Shown in pieces: positions 49,677-60,013 of a DNA stretch of 64,000 nt. Made by a program: the position numbers and the translations under genes. Each line of letters starts with the position of its first letter. Within the stretch, counting starts at the first letter, position 1. The DNA comes from Alphaproteobacteria bacterium (lineage in GTDB: Bacteria; Pseudomonadota; Alphaproteobacteria; SP197): assembly GCA_964291265.2 (NCBI GenBank), contig OZ219747.1:1824001-1888000 (forward strand), written 5' to 3'. The notes below the pieces were generated by a model that was not told the origin of the DNA, did not search any database, and was given only the letters and a program-made list of their open reading frames with translations.

Positions 49677-50894
49677 ATGAACGTCATCGCGTTTCCGGGA
49701 GCCGGCGGTGCGTGGCAGTCGGTCTCGGATGAGGTGCTGGAGCAACTCGGGCGGACAACATCGCTGGCGAGGGGGCTTCCCAACGCCGCCTTCACCGATG
49801 GCGCGTTTCATGAACTTGAGAAGACTCGCCTGTTTTCGAGAACCTGGTCCTTTGCGGCGCCAGCGAGCACGCTCGGCGATCCCGGCGATGTCCTGTCGGT
49901 GGAGATCGCCGGCCATCCGCTGATCCTTGTGCGCGGACACGATCATATGGTGCGTGCCTTTCACAATGTCTGCCCGCATCGCGGCGCCAGGCTGGTGACG
50001 GAATCCCGCTGCTCGAGGACGGTTCTCACCTGTCCTTACCATGCCTGGTCCTATGGTCTCGACGGTGTCCTCAAGGGACGGCCTCACTACCATGGCCATG
50101 GCCGTCACCAGACGGCTTGTGACATCGTCGGCGAGGATGTCCGCCTCTTCGCCGTCCCGTGCCGGCAGTGGTACGACTGGGTGTTCGTCAACATCGACGG
50201 CAAGGCGCCCGAATTCGAGAGCTTCCTGGCCCCGGTGGAGGAACACTTCACCGGCCATGACATCACGCAGTTCCGCCGTTCGGACCAGACCATGGCCGTG
50301 GAGTTCGCCTGCAACTGGAAACTTGCGGTGGAAAACTACTGCGATTTCTACCACGTGTTCGCCGTCCACCCGGCCCTCGACCGCATGATGAGCCCGCAAA
50401 CGCGCCAGTCCATGCGCGAGAGTGGTTGCCACCTGCTGAACGGCTATGCCTTCACCGCCAGCGGCAGGGGTATCGCGGTCGACGAGTCGGGGCCCGGCCT
50501 GCCGTCACAGGAAGGAATCGACGAGGATCTGGAAACGAGCGCCCGCTATGCCGTGCTGTTTCCGAACTTTGCGGTCAATGTCTATCCGGGCAGCCTCCAG
50601 GCCGTGCTCTTTGAGCCGCTGGCGGCAGATCGGACCATCATGCGCATGTGGTTCTACTACGTCGGTGATGCCGCCCGTGCCGCCGAACACGCCGAATCGA
50701 GAGACGCTCTCTACCGGGAATGGGTGGAACTCAACAACGAGGACAAGGACATCTGCCTGCGCCTCCAGGAGGGGCGCGCGTGCACGGCCTATGACGGTGG
50801 TCGCCTGGCGCCTCACTGGGATCGCGGGACGGTCCACTTCCACCGCCAGGTCGCACACGCCATCCGCCGCGAAGGCGCCTTCACGGAACCGTGA
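49677..50894 (+). CDS. Rieske oxygenase alpha subunit (choline monooxygenase-like)
   Basis: CPHRG...CPYHAW; NWKLAVENYCDFYHVFAVH. Confidence 0.92.
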   Translation: MNVIAFPGAGGAWQSVSDEVLEQLGRTTSLARGLPNAAFTDGAFHELEKTRLFSRTWSFAAPASTLGDPGDVLSVEIAGHPLILVRGHDHMVRAFHNVCPHRGARLVTESRCSRTVLTCPYHAWSYGLDGVLKGRPHYHGHGRHQTACDIVGEDVRLFAVPCRQWYDWVFVNIDGKAPEFESFLAPVEEHFTGHDITQFRRSDQTMAVEFACNWKLAVENYCDFYHVFAVHPALDRMMSPQTRQSMRESGCHLLNGYAFTASGRGIAVDESGPGLPSQEGIDEDLETSARYAVLFPNFAVNVYPGSLQAVLFEPLAADRTIMRMWFYYVGDAARAAEHAESRDALYREWVELNNEDKDICLRLQEGRACTAYDGGRLAPHWDRGTVHFHRQVAHAIRREGAFTEP

Positions 50895-50924
50895 GGACGC
50901 CGGGCAGCCCGGCGTCCTTCACCG

Positions 50925-51338
50925 TCATTCGGCGAGCTTGACGTCGTTGTACATGGAGACGTAGCGCTCGAGAATGTCGGGAGGCCACGATTGCCAGGGG
51001 GTGGCCTTCGCGAGGAAGGCGCTGACGTCCCCGTCGAGTCCCATCGATGACGAGACGGCAGGATCGACGATCTTCCATGTCCGTCGGTTGGCGTGGCCGT
51101 AGCCGTAGACCTCGACCAGGAACTTGCCGGCCTCGGGCGAATTCCAGGCGTTGATGAAATCGTAGGCCGCTTCCTCGTCACCCTCGCCGGTCGTCGACAT
51201 CACCAGTCCGCAGACCCAGGAAATCAGGCCACCCCTTGGGTCCAGCAGGTACTCAACCGGAATGCCGTCCTGCTGCATGCGGTGGACGGGCCCACTCCAG
51301 AAATAGCTGGCCACGACCTCGCCTGACGCCAGCATCAC
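50925..51338 (-). pseudogene. C-terminal fragment of a second PotD-like binding protein
   Basis: SWVCGL...GEGDEEAAYDFINAW...YGYGHAN parallels the 48167 gene; 5' part replaced by transposase remnant. Confidence 0.75.
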
Positions 51339-51339
51339 C

Positions 51340-51800
51340 TCGCCATCTCAAGGAGGAAGGTGGCAGCCCTTGCCGCTTCCCCCGGGACGGTGGAAGCATG
51401 GCAGCGGGCCCTCGGGCGGTCATGGCCCGAGGACGGCTCGCAGGACTGGATGACGCTGGCCGTGGACGTGTCATGTCAAGGTCTACCACGGCAGGGGCAA
51501 GGTGCCGAAACACTTCGTCAAGCGCCGGAAGCTCTGCCTTCCGGCTACGGCAAGCTACTGGATCAACGCCCTTTCGGGCGCCCCTCCGGCATGTCTCCAC
51601 AAGGATCTGGACGGCAAGATGGTGCAGGCCCTTGAGCATGACGAGTTTCCGCATCTTTCGCTGATGCTCGACGAAGTTGATGAGGAGTCTGCATGACTCG
51701 ACGGCGAAGGCTTCGATGGTCGGTTCGGGAGCGGGAGATCCACGCCTTACTGTTCGCCACCATCGCGAGCCGCCGGGACTGCTTCTCCGGCGCGGGGGGC
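51340..51800 (+). pseudogene. Degenerate transposase remnant
   Basis: HVKVYHGRGKVPKHFVKRRKLCLPATASYWINAL; nucleotide similarity to 39700-39810. Confidence 0.6.
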
Positions 51801-53025
51801 GCACTTGAAAGCGCCGTTTCGCCTCAATGGAGAAGATCGCCGGCGGGACCTCTCCGAGACGATCGTCCCACGCTCGGACCGGCAACACGACGCGCGCGGA
51901 TGCGCACGTCACTGTGCCTTCTACGGCCGAACTCCCTCATCGTCTGTCATCACCGACAAGAGACGACGCCTGGCCCATGTCACGCACAGGCAATCCTGCG
52001 CGGCACGGCGCGCCAGTCAGGCACCGCGGGCTCGCACCACCATTTGCACTTGCCTATCCAAGTTGCTTGTATCACGGACATGGCATAGGGTACGTTTGCG
52101 GGCGTTGGCTCACCTGGCCACGCGATGGGATGGATTATCGGGTGCTGCTTGGGCGAAAGGACTCTCCTTAAGGGAGAACCACAAAAGGCTCGCGGCAATC
52201 GCAGACAAGGTATAGAAAGGTTCAAGGGTTGGCGTGACTACGGCGGAACTCAGGCGCCGGGCAACGAACGGTGCCCAAGGGGGAGCTTGTACGGCGACAG
52301 ATCAAGGATAAGATCGTGGCAGGAGACGTACTGGTGAAAAGCAGTCTCGAATGGATGGAAATGACGTACGAAGCGGAGTTCCTGCACCCGCTGTTCGATT
52401 TGCCAAGCCACAACATAGAGCTTCTGAAGTCATTTTACCAATCCATCCATCCTCAATTCCCGCTTCGAACGACAGACTTGCATGTATTCGGCGGGAGCGC
52501 ACTTTCAGACGTTTGCGTGCGCGTGGCGATGCTTGGAGGTCATGGGACTATCGAGATGACAGCAGAAAGACTGTCGATACGTATCAACGGCATAACAGAC
52601 GAACAGGAACTCGCCACCTGCAACAGGTGCATCATGCTGGCGACTCAGGCATTGAAGGGAACTCTCCCGGATGTCGTGACCAAGACTGTCGCGGCTCGAA
52701 CCACACGATCGCTCAGCCTGGGCGACGGATCCATGACGGCGAGCGACTTCCTGCAGCAAACAGTAACACCGGGTATCGACATGAAGTTGACTGATCTCGG
52801 CAATGCAGTGCAGTCACCTTGCGTGAACATTGAAGTCCAGAACAACGATGAAGACTGGCGGGCAGTCCTGCACGCACACACCAATGCCATTGAGAGGTCG
52901 TCAGTTATCGTTTCATGTTGGACAGCCGTAAGCGTTCGGCCGTTCGGTGATGGCTGATTTTGGTTGGTTTGGGTCTTGCTGACTATCGTCTGAGAAAGAG
53001 CTGGTAAACTCGTTTGGTCTCGATT

Positions 53026-55470
53026 ATGGTCGAGGCCATGAAGACTTTTGCCGAGACGCGCGGAGCGACACAGCAGCTGACGGGAGGTGGTGACGGCCTA
53101 TGTCGGGCGTCAGTGGCCTTGTCATGCGAGGCGCCTGACTGGCGTGCGCTCTATGAGGCGGAGCGGGTTCGTGCGGATGCGGCGGAAGCGCGTATGCGGT
53201 GTGCCAGGCGAACTGGCGGAAGGTAGGGGGTGAAAGTCCCCTGGAACGAAGGAGTAACCAAACCACGTTTCTCCGCGAGCCGTGCGTCGGTTCCCGCGAG
53301 GGGGCAGGCGAAGCGTCGGTAGCGGTACGGATGGGCAGGGCTAATGAGCACCGAAAAAGCTATCATCCGGGGTGCCGAGGCTTTCGCATTGGTCGAAGGC
53401 AACATCGCAGGCATCGATTTGGTGAGATGTCGGCGAGCCCCGCGGTGTCAGAGAACCCATGCACGTCCGCACGCCTTCTGTTGGGACCCTGGGAGATCTT
53501 CAAACCGTCCCGCCGGTTGTGGCGGGACCGCATGGGGAAGGAGAAAACCGAAGCCTATGATGTACGGTTTGAAGAAGTCGGATGAGGCCGTAGTACCTGT
53601 GAAGGCGGCGAACAAGGAAGCGTTAGCTTCTGCGGAGTCGCTGGAGGAAAGGGCCTCAACCAAGGGGAATCCGGGACGCTAAAGCACGCACCGAACGCAG
53701 TGTCGGGCAAGCGTGCCACAGGCGGCGGATCGGATACGGGAAGCCGCAGGCTAGTCCAGTGGTTTGCCGTCCAGTACCCGAGGTAGGAGCCGGATGGATT
53801 AACGTCCACGTCCGGATCTGCGCGGGGGGTGCGCAGCAATGCGCATCCCTACCGCGTCTGACCTGCGCCGTGCGAAGAATTCTGCCCGTGCCCGTGCGGG
53901 CACATTCAAGTTTCATCTCGACCGCACTCGTGATCAGCTCAAGGAGGCTCGCCGGGAGGTGAAGCGTGGACAGGCCCGAGCGGAGGCGCTGGAGCAGGAA
54001 AGGGACGCTCTGAAGCTCAAGAACGCTGAACAGGCGAGCGAGCTGAGGAATCTCCGCGGGACGCGTGCCAAGCACGCGACGGCGCGCTTCGGGTCGAAGA
54101 GCGAGAAACGGAAGAAGAAGGAAGGCACCGGGAACAAGCGGGGTCAGCAACCCGGCAAGAGCGGCCACGGGCGCACTCCGCGTCCGAAGCTCAAGGAGAA
54201 GCACGAACGCCATGATCCACCGGCATCGCAGCGCACGTGCCCGTGTTGCGGCGAGCCCTATGTGGCCAACGGCAGCCACGAGACCTCGATCATGGAGGTC
54301 CATGTCAAGGCTCATGTCCGGCGGATTGAGCGTGGGCGTTGGCGCCGTGGTTGTCAGTGTTCGTCGGCGCCTGCGGAGATCATCGCGCCGCCACCTTTGC
54401 GCTTGCTTGCGAATACCCCCTTCGGCATCAGTGTCTGGGCATGCGTGCTCTATGAGCGCTTCGCCTGCTTGCGTCCCCTGCGCCGGGTCTCGCGATGGCT
54501 GGAAGACCAGGGACTGCCGATGGCGCCGGGAACGATCGCTGGCGGCATGAAGAAGATGACGCCGATGTTCGCGCCTCTCGCTCAGGCCATCCTCGATCAT
54601 CAGAACCGGCTGACGGTGCGCCACGGCGACGAGACCAGCTGGCGCATCCAGTCCCTCAAGGCCTCGGGGCGCTCGCAGAAGGCCTGGCTGTGGACCGCGG
54701 TCAGCGCCGACTCCGTCTTCTTCCTTATCGACCCGTCACGCAGCACCCGGGTGGCCATGGTGCTGTTCGCCTCCACCGAAGGCACCGTCTTCCTTGTCTG
54801 CGATCGCTACGCGGTCTACAGGAAACTGGAGCGTGAGCTTGATGGCAAGGTGATCCTCTGCCTTTGCTGGGCGCACTCCAGGCGCGATGTGATCGAGGCT
54901 GCGGCAGGCCAAGAGGGGCTGGAAGAGTGGTGCGACAAGTGGCTCGACAGGATCGCGCTGATCTACACACTGAATGGGCAACGGCTGAAGCACTACGATC
55001 CCGCACGCAAGCGTCAGTCAGCGAGGTTCAATGCCCTGCAGAAGGACCTTCGTGCGGCTGTCGAGGCGCTGTTCAGGCAGGCTCAGGAGGAACTCGACGC
55101 CTTGCCCGAGGGTGCACGCGAAGCGAAGCCCTTGCGTTCCCTGATCCGTCACCGCGAGGGACTGTGCGTCTTTGTCGACCATCCCCAGGTGCCCATGGAC
55201 AACAACCTGGCCGAGAGAACCCTCCGGGGTGCGGTGACCGCGAGAAAGCTGAGCTTCGGCTCCGACAGCGAGGAAGGCGCCGCCTTCACCGCCATCATGT
55301 ACTCGGTCATCGGCACCCTTGCCATGAACAACATCAATGTTCGGCGCTGGCTTCATGAGTGGCTTGAGGCCTGCGCGCAGAACGGCGGCAAGCCGCCGGA
55401 TGACCTCGACCCGTGGCTGCCATGGTCGATGCCCCCGGAGCGTCGAAGGGACCTCATGGAACCGGGGTGA
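53026..55470 (+). CDS. tnpC: IS66 transposase TnpC interrupted by a group II intron (exons 53026-53198, 53859-55470)
   Basis: FGSKSEK, GQQPGKSGHGR, CPCCG zinc finger, HGDETSW, CDRYAVY, CWAHSRR, DNNLAERTLR; spliced junction reads ARMR-DLRR in frame. Confidence 0.88.
53199..53858 (+). ncRNA. ORF-less group II intron, 660 nt
   Basis: 5' GTGTGCC...GGGGTGAAAGTCCCCT; AAGTCGGATGAGGCCGTAGTACCTGTGAAG; DV GAGCCGGATG...CACGTCCGGATCTGCGCGGGGG; DVI ...CCCTACCGCGTC with bulged A. Confidence 0.9.
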
Positions 55471-55740
55471 TCGAGTGCCGTTACGACGGCCGTGACTTCA
55501 CCGCGCACGAGATGGCGCTGTTGCGCTCCCTGATCACCCAGCACCCCACCCGTGCGGCCATCGCCCGCGCCTTCTGCCGCGAGACCGGCTGATACAAGCC
55601 CGACGGGGCCTCAAGAACATGATGGCGAATGTCGCCTTTCTGGCCATGCACCGCGACGGCCTCATCACCCTGCCGCCACCCCAACGACGAGCAACCCGAC
55701 CCGGACCCATCGTCTTCGGACCCAACAGCGAACCGCCACG
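55467..55740 (+). pseudogene. DUF4338-like N-terminal remnant carried inside the IS66
   Basis: RYDGRDFTAHEMALLRSLI...FCRETG*YKPDG(shift)LKNMMANVAFLAMHRDGLITLPPP. Confidence 0.6.
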
Positions 55741-55943
55741 TGGTGCGCCTCCCAAACGCATCCTCAACCGGTGAATATCACCAACAATCACCGCGTGGCC
55801 GAACGCTTACGGACAGCCTGCCAAGGTGACTCGGAAGAGTCTCTGTACGGGAACTGCATCCGTCTCCAACGGCAACTTCTCGAAGCCCTGCACCGGGGGC
55901 TGAACATCGAGATGAAGTCCACTTTCGCGGTCTCGACGCCGTC

Positions 55944-56633
55944 ATGAACCCCGGTGATGTCAGGAGGGTACAGGTAGGGAGGGAGTTGTCGACCGTCCAG
56001 CACGGTGGCTTTGGGTCAGAAACCGGACATACACGGACAAGGATCGACGCAGTCGATGAACTGCAACTACGAGGCAGACAGTCGGATCAGGCCACGGGTA
56101 TCATCAGACAACGGCAATCAAGTCAGGGCGCGGGTTTCGGCAACTTGCCGTCAGGGGTAGTGTCAGGGGCGTTTCCAGGCATGATGGAGCCGTTGCATTC
56201 TGGCAACCTCCATCAGGAGGCCCGTGTCGGCAGCATCATCAAGGAGAGAGCCGAAACAGAAACTTTACCATACCAGACGCGTCTGTCGGGACCTGTTCAA
56301 TTTCTCAAGAAACTCCTGGGCACATGGTCGCTGGACTTGACGAATGCGCCTGTCCTGCTCGGAATGGATCCGGATGACGGATTATTCGCGGAAAACCTGT
56401 TGAACGGTCGAGTCCCTCTCAGGGGGCGTGACGCCAAGGATCGCATTGTACACCTGTACCGGATTCGCAAGATCTTGTCAGCACTGTTTCGTGATGAACA
56501 AGTCGAGAATGAGTGGCTTCGAGAGCCGCACGAGATGCTGAACGAGCGCTCGCCTATGGACCTGATGTTGGATGGGTCGATGGAAAATCTCCTTCTGGTG
56601 AAGGAGTATGTCGAAGCAGCAGCAGGGCGTTGA
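55944..56633 (+). CDS. Xre/MbcA/ParS-type antitoxin with long N-terminal extension
   Basis: C-terminal LSALFRDEQVENEWLREPHEMLNERSPMDLMLDGSMENLLLVKEYV. Confidence 0.8.
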   Translation: MNPGDVRRVQVGRELSTVQHGGFGSETGHTRTRIDAVDELQLRGRQSDQATGIIRQRQSSQGAGFGNLPSGVVSGAFPGMMEPLHSGNLHQEARVGSIIKERAETETLPYQTRLSGPVQFLKKLLGTWSLDLTNAPVLLGMDPDDGLFAENLLNGRVPLRGRDAKDRIVHLYRIRKILSALFRDEQVENEWLREPHEMLNERSPMDLMLDGSMENLLLVKEYVEAAAGR

Positions 56634-56635
56634 GT

Positions 56636-57262
56636 ATGCTGGACCAGATTGCCAGTCGATACTGCAGGGAGGTTCTCGTTCGATTTGCAAGCCACCGAAC
56701 TGATGAGGATTTTCTGGGCGACCAGGACATGACAGCGGAACAGATTGCTGAGATGAAGGAATTGCTGATGTCTCGCGGCGTGAACGAATCCCTCGAGGAA
56801 CTTGTTGATACACCATTCAAACCGAAACGTCAGCTTTATAAGTCTGGTTATGCCGAAACGCGTTTTTCCGACGGGACCTTTCCGGTCGGGTATTTCGCCA
56901 TGGAGCCAGAGACGGCGGAAGCAGAAGTTCGCTACTGGTTTTGCAAGAATTTTTTTGGCAGGCCAAGTGATAAGCGAAGGGCGTGGTACTCGCGATTTAC
57001 ATGTGACTTTGCAGGCCATGCAAAGGACTTGCGCCCCATGCAAGCTGCATGGCCTGACCTGATGAACAGAACCGACTATGCGTTTTGCAGGCGGTTGGGA
57101 ACGCAGGCCATGTCCGAGGGCCTGGATGCACTGCTGACCCCATCGGTCCGCAAGTCGAGCGGAACCAATGTACCGGTATTCGTCAGGCGGGCACTCAAGC
57201 GATCCTCGCGAACATTCATTGGTCGAGATCCGGTGCGATCAGACATGCGACACGGGAGATGA
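56636..57262 (+). CDS. RES-domain toxin (MbcT/ParT-like)
   Basis: TRFSDGTFPVGYFAMEPETAEAE, DYAFCRRLG, LLTPSVR...GTNVPVF. Confidence 0.85.
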   Translation: MLDQIASRYCREVLVRFASHRTDEDFLGDQDMTAEQIAEMKELLMSRGVNESLEELVDTPFKPKRQLYKSGYAETRFSDGTFPVGYFAMEPETAEAEVRYWFCKNFFGRPSDKRRAWYSRFTCDFAGHAKDLRPMQAAWPDLMNRTDYAFCRRLGTQAMSEGLDALLTPSVRKSSGTNVPVFVRRALKRSSRTFIGRDPVRSDMRHGR

Positions 57263-57570
57263 CTGATCGACACACTGGCGCACCCGAAGGTGATGGCGCA
57301 TCGCCGGAGTGCAGGCGCCCCTCACCGTCCGGGACATCGTCAAGGTTCGACGTTCGACCGGCCGATGCCGGGCCTCATCGGGGATGGATGATGCCTGAGC
57401 CGGTCAACGACAGCAGCCGCGCCGGCTGCCCTGCCGGGGGCGCCGCATGAAGCATGGGTGTCAGACCCGGACCATCATCGACACGTGAAATCCGACCCCG
57501 GGACTGGTACGAAGCACAGTCCCCGAGGAACGAAGTGTCAGTGCAGGGGAAAGCGGGAGGATCGGGAACC

Positions 57571-59004
57571 ATGGCCAGCAACGTTCTTGTCATCTGTTCG
57601 GACCAGCACTGGCGCGATGCGGCGGGTTGCCACGGGCATCCATTGGTCCTCACGCCCAACATCGACGCTCTCGCCCGGCGCGGCACCGTCTTCGATGTCG
57701 CCTATTCGGCGGCGCCCATCTGCGTCTCGGCCCGCGCCGCCATGCAGACCGGGCGCTGGGTCCACCAGCTTGGCACCTGGTCGAGCGCCGAACCCTACGA
57801 CGGTTCGCCCAGGAGCTGGGGGCACCGGCTCCAGGAGGAGGGGCGGCGGGTGGTGTCCATCGGCAAGCTCCACTTCCGGTCGAGCGAAGACGACAACGGC
57901 TTCACCGAGGAGGTCATCCCGGTCCACATCCTGAACGGGATCGGCTTCACCTCGTCCATGGTGCGGGACGGTCTTGAACCCTATGCCAGCAACGCGGATT
58001 TTGCCCTTGACATCGGGCGCGGCGAATCGCGCTACACGCGTTACGACCGCAAGGTCACCGAGCTTGCCTGCGCCTGGCTTGGCGATGCTGCTCCGGGAAC
58101 CGATCAGCCGTGGACGCTCTTCTGTTCCTTCGTGGCGCCGCACCATCCCATCGTTGCCCCCGACACGTTCCACGATCTCTACGACAGGCGGCAGGTCGAC
58201 CTGCCGCGCCTGCGCGCACCTGGAGAACGGCCGGTCCATCCGGTCCTCGATGTCTGCCAGGCGATCTGGGACTACGACCGGCATTTCCGGGACGATGACC
58301 ACATCATCGAGGCGCGACATGCCTACTACGGCTACGTCTCCTTCCTCGACGACAATGTCGGGCGCGTGCTCGCTGCGCTCGAGGCGTCCGGCGAGGCGGA
58401 CAACACCCTCGTGATCTACATGTCCGATCACGGCGAAATGCTCGGCAACCACGGCATGTGGGCGAAGATGAACATGTACGAGGAATCGTCGGCCATTCCT
58501 CTCATTGCTGCCGGACCCGGCATGCCGGCGGGGCGGCGCTGCGCCTCTCCGGCCTCCCACATCGATCTTTGTCCCACCGTCCTGAAGGCCCACGGACTCG
58601 ACAGTGCCGACGGCCTCGATGGTGTCGCATTGCAGGACCTTGCGGGAGGCGGTCACCATGACCGGGCCGTTCTCTCGGAGTACCACGAGCGCGGCGCCGT
58701 CACCGGCATGTTCATGATGCGCTGGCGGAACTGGAAGTACATTGCCTATCCGGGATACTCACCGCAGCTTTTCGACATGGACGACGATTCCGTCGAGTCC
58801 GCCGATCTTGGCCGGCACCCGGCCCATGAGGCCACGCGGGCGGCCTGCGAGGCGCGCCTTCGCGCCCTTGTGGACTGCGATGCGGTCAACCGACGCTGTT
58901 TCGCCGATCAGGCGCGAAAGATCGCGGCCCTCGGTGGCCGCGAGGCAGCCATGGCGGACGGTGAACACGCCTACACGCCCATGCCCGACGTGACCTCGCT
59001 GTAA
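57571..59004 (+). CDS. Sulfatase (choline-sulfatase-like)
   Basis: ICSDQH, TPNIDALA, CVSARAAMQTGR, IGKLH, SDHGEMLG. Confidence 0.9.
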   Translation: MASNVLVICSDQHWRDAAGCHGHPLVLTPNIDALARRGTVFDVAYSAAPICVSARAAMQTGRWVHQLGTWSSAEPYDGSPRSWGHRLQEEGRRVVSIGKLHFRSSEDDNGFTEEVIPVHILNGIGFTSSMVRDGLEPYASNADFALDIGRGESRYTRYDRKVTELACAWLGDAAPGTDQPWTLFCSFVAPHHPIVAPDTFHDLYDRRQVDLPRLRAPGERPVHPVLDVCQAIWDYDRHFRDDDHIIEARHAYYGYVSFLDDNVGRVLAALEASGEADNTLVIYMSDHGEMLGNHGMWAKMNMYEESSAIPLIAAGPGMPAGRRCASPASHIDLCPTVLKAHGLDSADGLDGVALQDLAGGGHHDRAVLSEYHERGAVTGMFMMRWRNWKYIAYPGYSPQLFDMDDDSVESADLGRHPAHEATRAACEARLRALVDCDAVNRRCFADQARKIAALGGREAAMADGEHAYTPMPDVTSL

Positions 59005-59019
59005 GGAAGGGAGACGGTC

Positions 59020-59916
59020 CTACCGGGGTTGAGCCTCGTCGATCAGCGATCTCAGCAACGCGATGTGGCGGGGCAGGGTGCCGCAGCACCCGCCGACGAT
59101 GCGGGCGCCATCGGCAAGCCACCGGGCGACATGGTCGCGGTATGATTCGGGATCGAGGTCATGGCGGTGGCCGATCGACTTGTCGCCGGGATAAATCGGA
59201 ACGAAGGTGTTGGCGTAACCTCCGGTGGGGCGGCCGGTGGCCAGAAGTTCGGGCAGGGCCCGCGTCACGGCCTCCGGTGTGCAGCAGTTGGCAATGAAGG
59301 CGCTGACCGGCAGATCGGCGACACTGCGGGCAGCCTCAGCAACGCTCGTGCCGTCCTTGAGCGAGGCCTCCTTCTCTTCGTGGAGCGTCCAGCCGATCCA
59401 CACGGGCTTGCCGGTGGCCGCCGCCGCCGCCGCGGACGCACGGGTCTCGGCCACCGTGGTGAGCGTCTCGCAGATGAAGAGGTCGACACCGTCGGCCAGG
59501 ATGCCGGCCTGTTCGGCGTAGCGTTCCGCCAGGATGTCCTCGGAGTCGACCTCGTCGGGGAGGTAACTGTCCGACAGCGGCGGCAGCGAGCCGGCGATGA
59601 GGACATGGCGATCTTCGGCGTCGACGGCCTGGCGGGCGATTTCGAGCGCCTTGAGATTGAGTTCGCGGAACCGGTCCTCGATGCCGAGATCGGCCATGAA
59701 GGACCGCACGACGCCGTAGGTGTTGGTGATGATGAGATCGGCGCCGGCACGGATGAAATCGCGGTGCAATCCGAGGACGGCATCGGGTGCTTCGATGAGT
59801 GCGCGCCCCGACCAGAATGGTGAACCGGGCTGACGCCATCCCATGCTGGCGAGGGCTTCTCCCATGCCTCCGTCGGTGAGGATCGGGCGATCATCCTCCA
59901 GGGCGGCGTTTATCAT
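59020..59916 (-). CDS. Homocysteine S-methyltransferase family protein
   Basis: LTDGGMG, AGADLIITNTY, ANCC, IVGGCCG. Confidence 0.92.
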   Translation of the reverse strand: MINAALEDDRPILTDGGMGEALASMGWRQPGSPFWSGRALIEAPDAVLGLHRDFIRAGADLIITNTYGVVRSFMADLGIEDRFRELNLKALEIARQAVDAEDRHVLIAGSLPPLSDSYLPDEVDSEDILAERYAEQAGILADGVDLFICETLTTVAETRASAAAAAATGKPVWIGWTLHEEKEASLKDGTSVAEAARSVADLPVSAFIANCCTPEAVTRALPELLATGRPTGGYANTFVPIYPGDKSIGHRHDLDPESYRDHVARWLADGARIVGGCCGTLPRHIALLRSLIDEAQPR

Positions 59917-60013
59917 GGCGTTGCTCCATTGAATTGCCCGGGCATCTTGCGCCACTATGGCGAAAACCGTTCAAGGTTGCGATCCCTCGAATGGGATCAA
60001 TGGGAAGGACATC

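Larger units (their letters stand above)
52928..55810 (+). mobile_element. IS66-family element (single TnpC, ISBst12-like organisation)
   Basis: IRs GTAAGCGTTCGGCC / GGCCGAACGCTTAC; perfect 8-bp TSD GGACAGCC. Confidence 0.95.
52271..55947 (+). pseudogene. Hypothetical gene split by IS66 (52271-52927 joined to 55819-55947)
   Basis: Removing the IS and one TSD gives ...VIVSCWTA-CQGDSEESLYG...STPS*, whose stop overlaps the next ATG. Confidence 0.75.
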
